Source: Podarcis vaucheri (lineage: Eukaryota). Taken from it: a stretch of DNA of 64,000 bases. The notes below the pieces were generated by a model, which was not told where the DNA came from, ran no database searches, and was given only the letters and a program-made list of their open reading frames with translations. The translations under genes and the position numbers were made by a program. The first letter of the stretch is position 1; each line of letters starts with the position of its first letter. The stretch is from NCBI GenBank assembly GCA_965113315.1, contig OZ220363.1; one strand, 5' to 3'. Shown piece after piece: positions 63,013-64,000 of the stretch.

Positions 63013-64000
63013 CTGCTGGATCTCTTGGTGGCTTTTGATATCATCGACCATAACATCCTTCTGAACCGTCTAGAGGGGCTGGGAGCTGGGGGCAGAAAGT
63101 GGTGGTGAAGGATGAGTGTTCAGACCCCTGGGCTCTCACTTGTGGGGTGCCTCAGGGATCTGTCCTCTCCCCCATGCTTTTTAACATCTACATGCAGCCG
63201 CTGGGAGAGGTCATCAGGGGGTTTGGGCTGGGTATTCATCAATATGTGGATGATACCCAGCTCTTGTTAGGATATTTCCGTTCCACCTTAAAAGGGAGCA
63301 GGCTTTGTGAGTCACAGAGTCTGTGTATTTCCTGTTCACAGGATGTTTTCTGTTTTGATAGAGCTGTTGTCTCTCTCTTGGTGCCTGAACACTGAAGCAG
63401 GCGGTCATGTTTTTCTTTGTTCTGACCAACGCTGAATAAACTTAAATAATGCTCTCCTGCGTGCATCTTTCGCTGTGCATCATCTGCTGATAGGAGTGTG
63501 CATCAGCTGTGGAGTGTGGCAAGCTATTTCTGGAGCTCGTATCGCTAATTGCTGATATTGCGTGTCTACGGGAGATCGATGGACATCCGGAGGCGACGTG
63601 GGGCCATGATGGACTTTGTCTCCCTGGCAGTATCCCAACAGCTCTACCTCTCTTTCAAATCAGAACCAGTGAAGGCAGTGAAGGTCCTGTGTGAATGTCT
63701 GGAGGTAGTTGGAGGATGGATGGCGGCTAACAGATTGAGGTTGAATCCTGACAAGACAGAAGTACTATTTTGGGGGGACAGAAGGCAGGCAGGTGTGGAG
63801 GACTCCCTGGTCCTGAATGAGGTAACTGTGCCCCCTGAAGGACCAGGTATGCAGCCTGGGAGTCATTTTGGACTCACAGCTGTCCATGGAGGTGCAGGTC
63901 AATTCTGTGTCCAGGGCAGCTGTTTACCAGCTTCATCTGGTACACAGGCTGAGACCCTATCTGCCCGCGGACTGTCTTGCCAGAGTGATGCATGCTCTGG
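63013..64000 (+). mobile_element. L2 LINE reverse-transcriptase region, interrupted by a solo LTR; runs off the window end
   Basis: [64 protein letters not shown], then after the insert YLSFKSEP...LEVVGGWMAANRLRLNPDKTEVL and SLGVILDSQLSMEVQV. Confidence 0.92.
63265..63640 (+). mobile_element. Solo LTR (376 bp), TGTTAGGATAT family, 5-bp TSD, nested in L2
   Basis: TGTTAGGATA...TATCCCAACA (9/10 inverted), internal gctgaataaact, TSD GCTCT at 63260-63264 and 63641-63645. Removing the insert restores the L2 frame DDTQL-YLSF. Confidence 0.92.

Noticed and set aside
54028-64000. SYT12 core promoter or CpG island
   Set aside because: No CpG island or convincing TSS is visible; the CpG-rich patch near 63550 belongs to an LTR. 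The TSS may lie beyond the window.

Overview
Vertebrate (squamate, most likely lacertid lizard, inferred from the SINE/LINE/MITE repertoire) genomic DNA, AT-rich and CpG-poor. It holds two convergent protein-coding genes. On + is the last exon of IGHMBP2 (CDS 1125-1322). On - is the complete coding sequence of synaptotagmin-12 (SYT12), in 7 coding exons from 54017 down to 24426: 1263 nt, 420 aa plus stop, all GT-AG introns, with one 22.8-kb intron splitting the C2A domain. The rest is intron or intergenic sequence with LINE remnants (RTE, CR1, L2, Penelope-like), tRNA-derived SINEs, many short DNA-transposon MITEs (Tc1/mariner-pogo, hAT, hairpin types), solo LTRs (two nested, with 5-bp target-site duplications), a 3'-truncated U6 snRNA pseudogene and microsatellites. 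Almost all listed ORFs outside the exons are incidental or repeat-derived. I found no clearly new biological system. The best leads are (i) two related solo LTRs that both inserted into the same 10-mer, ACCCAGCTCT, (ii) an upstream SYT12 exon that could give either a uORF or an alternative N-terminus, and (iii) exon-like segments in the large SYT12 intron. Gene and repeat identities come from recalled sequences, not database searches.
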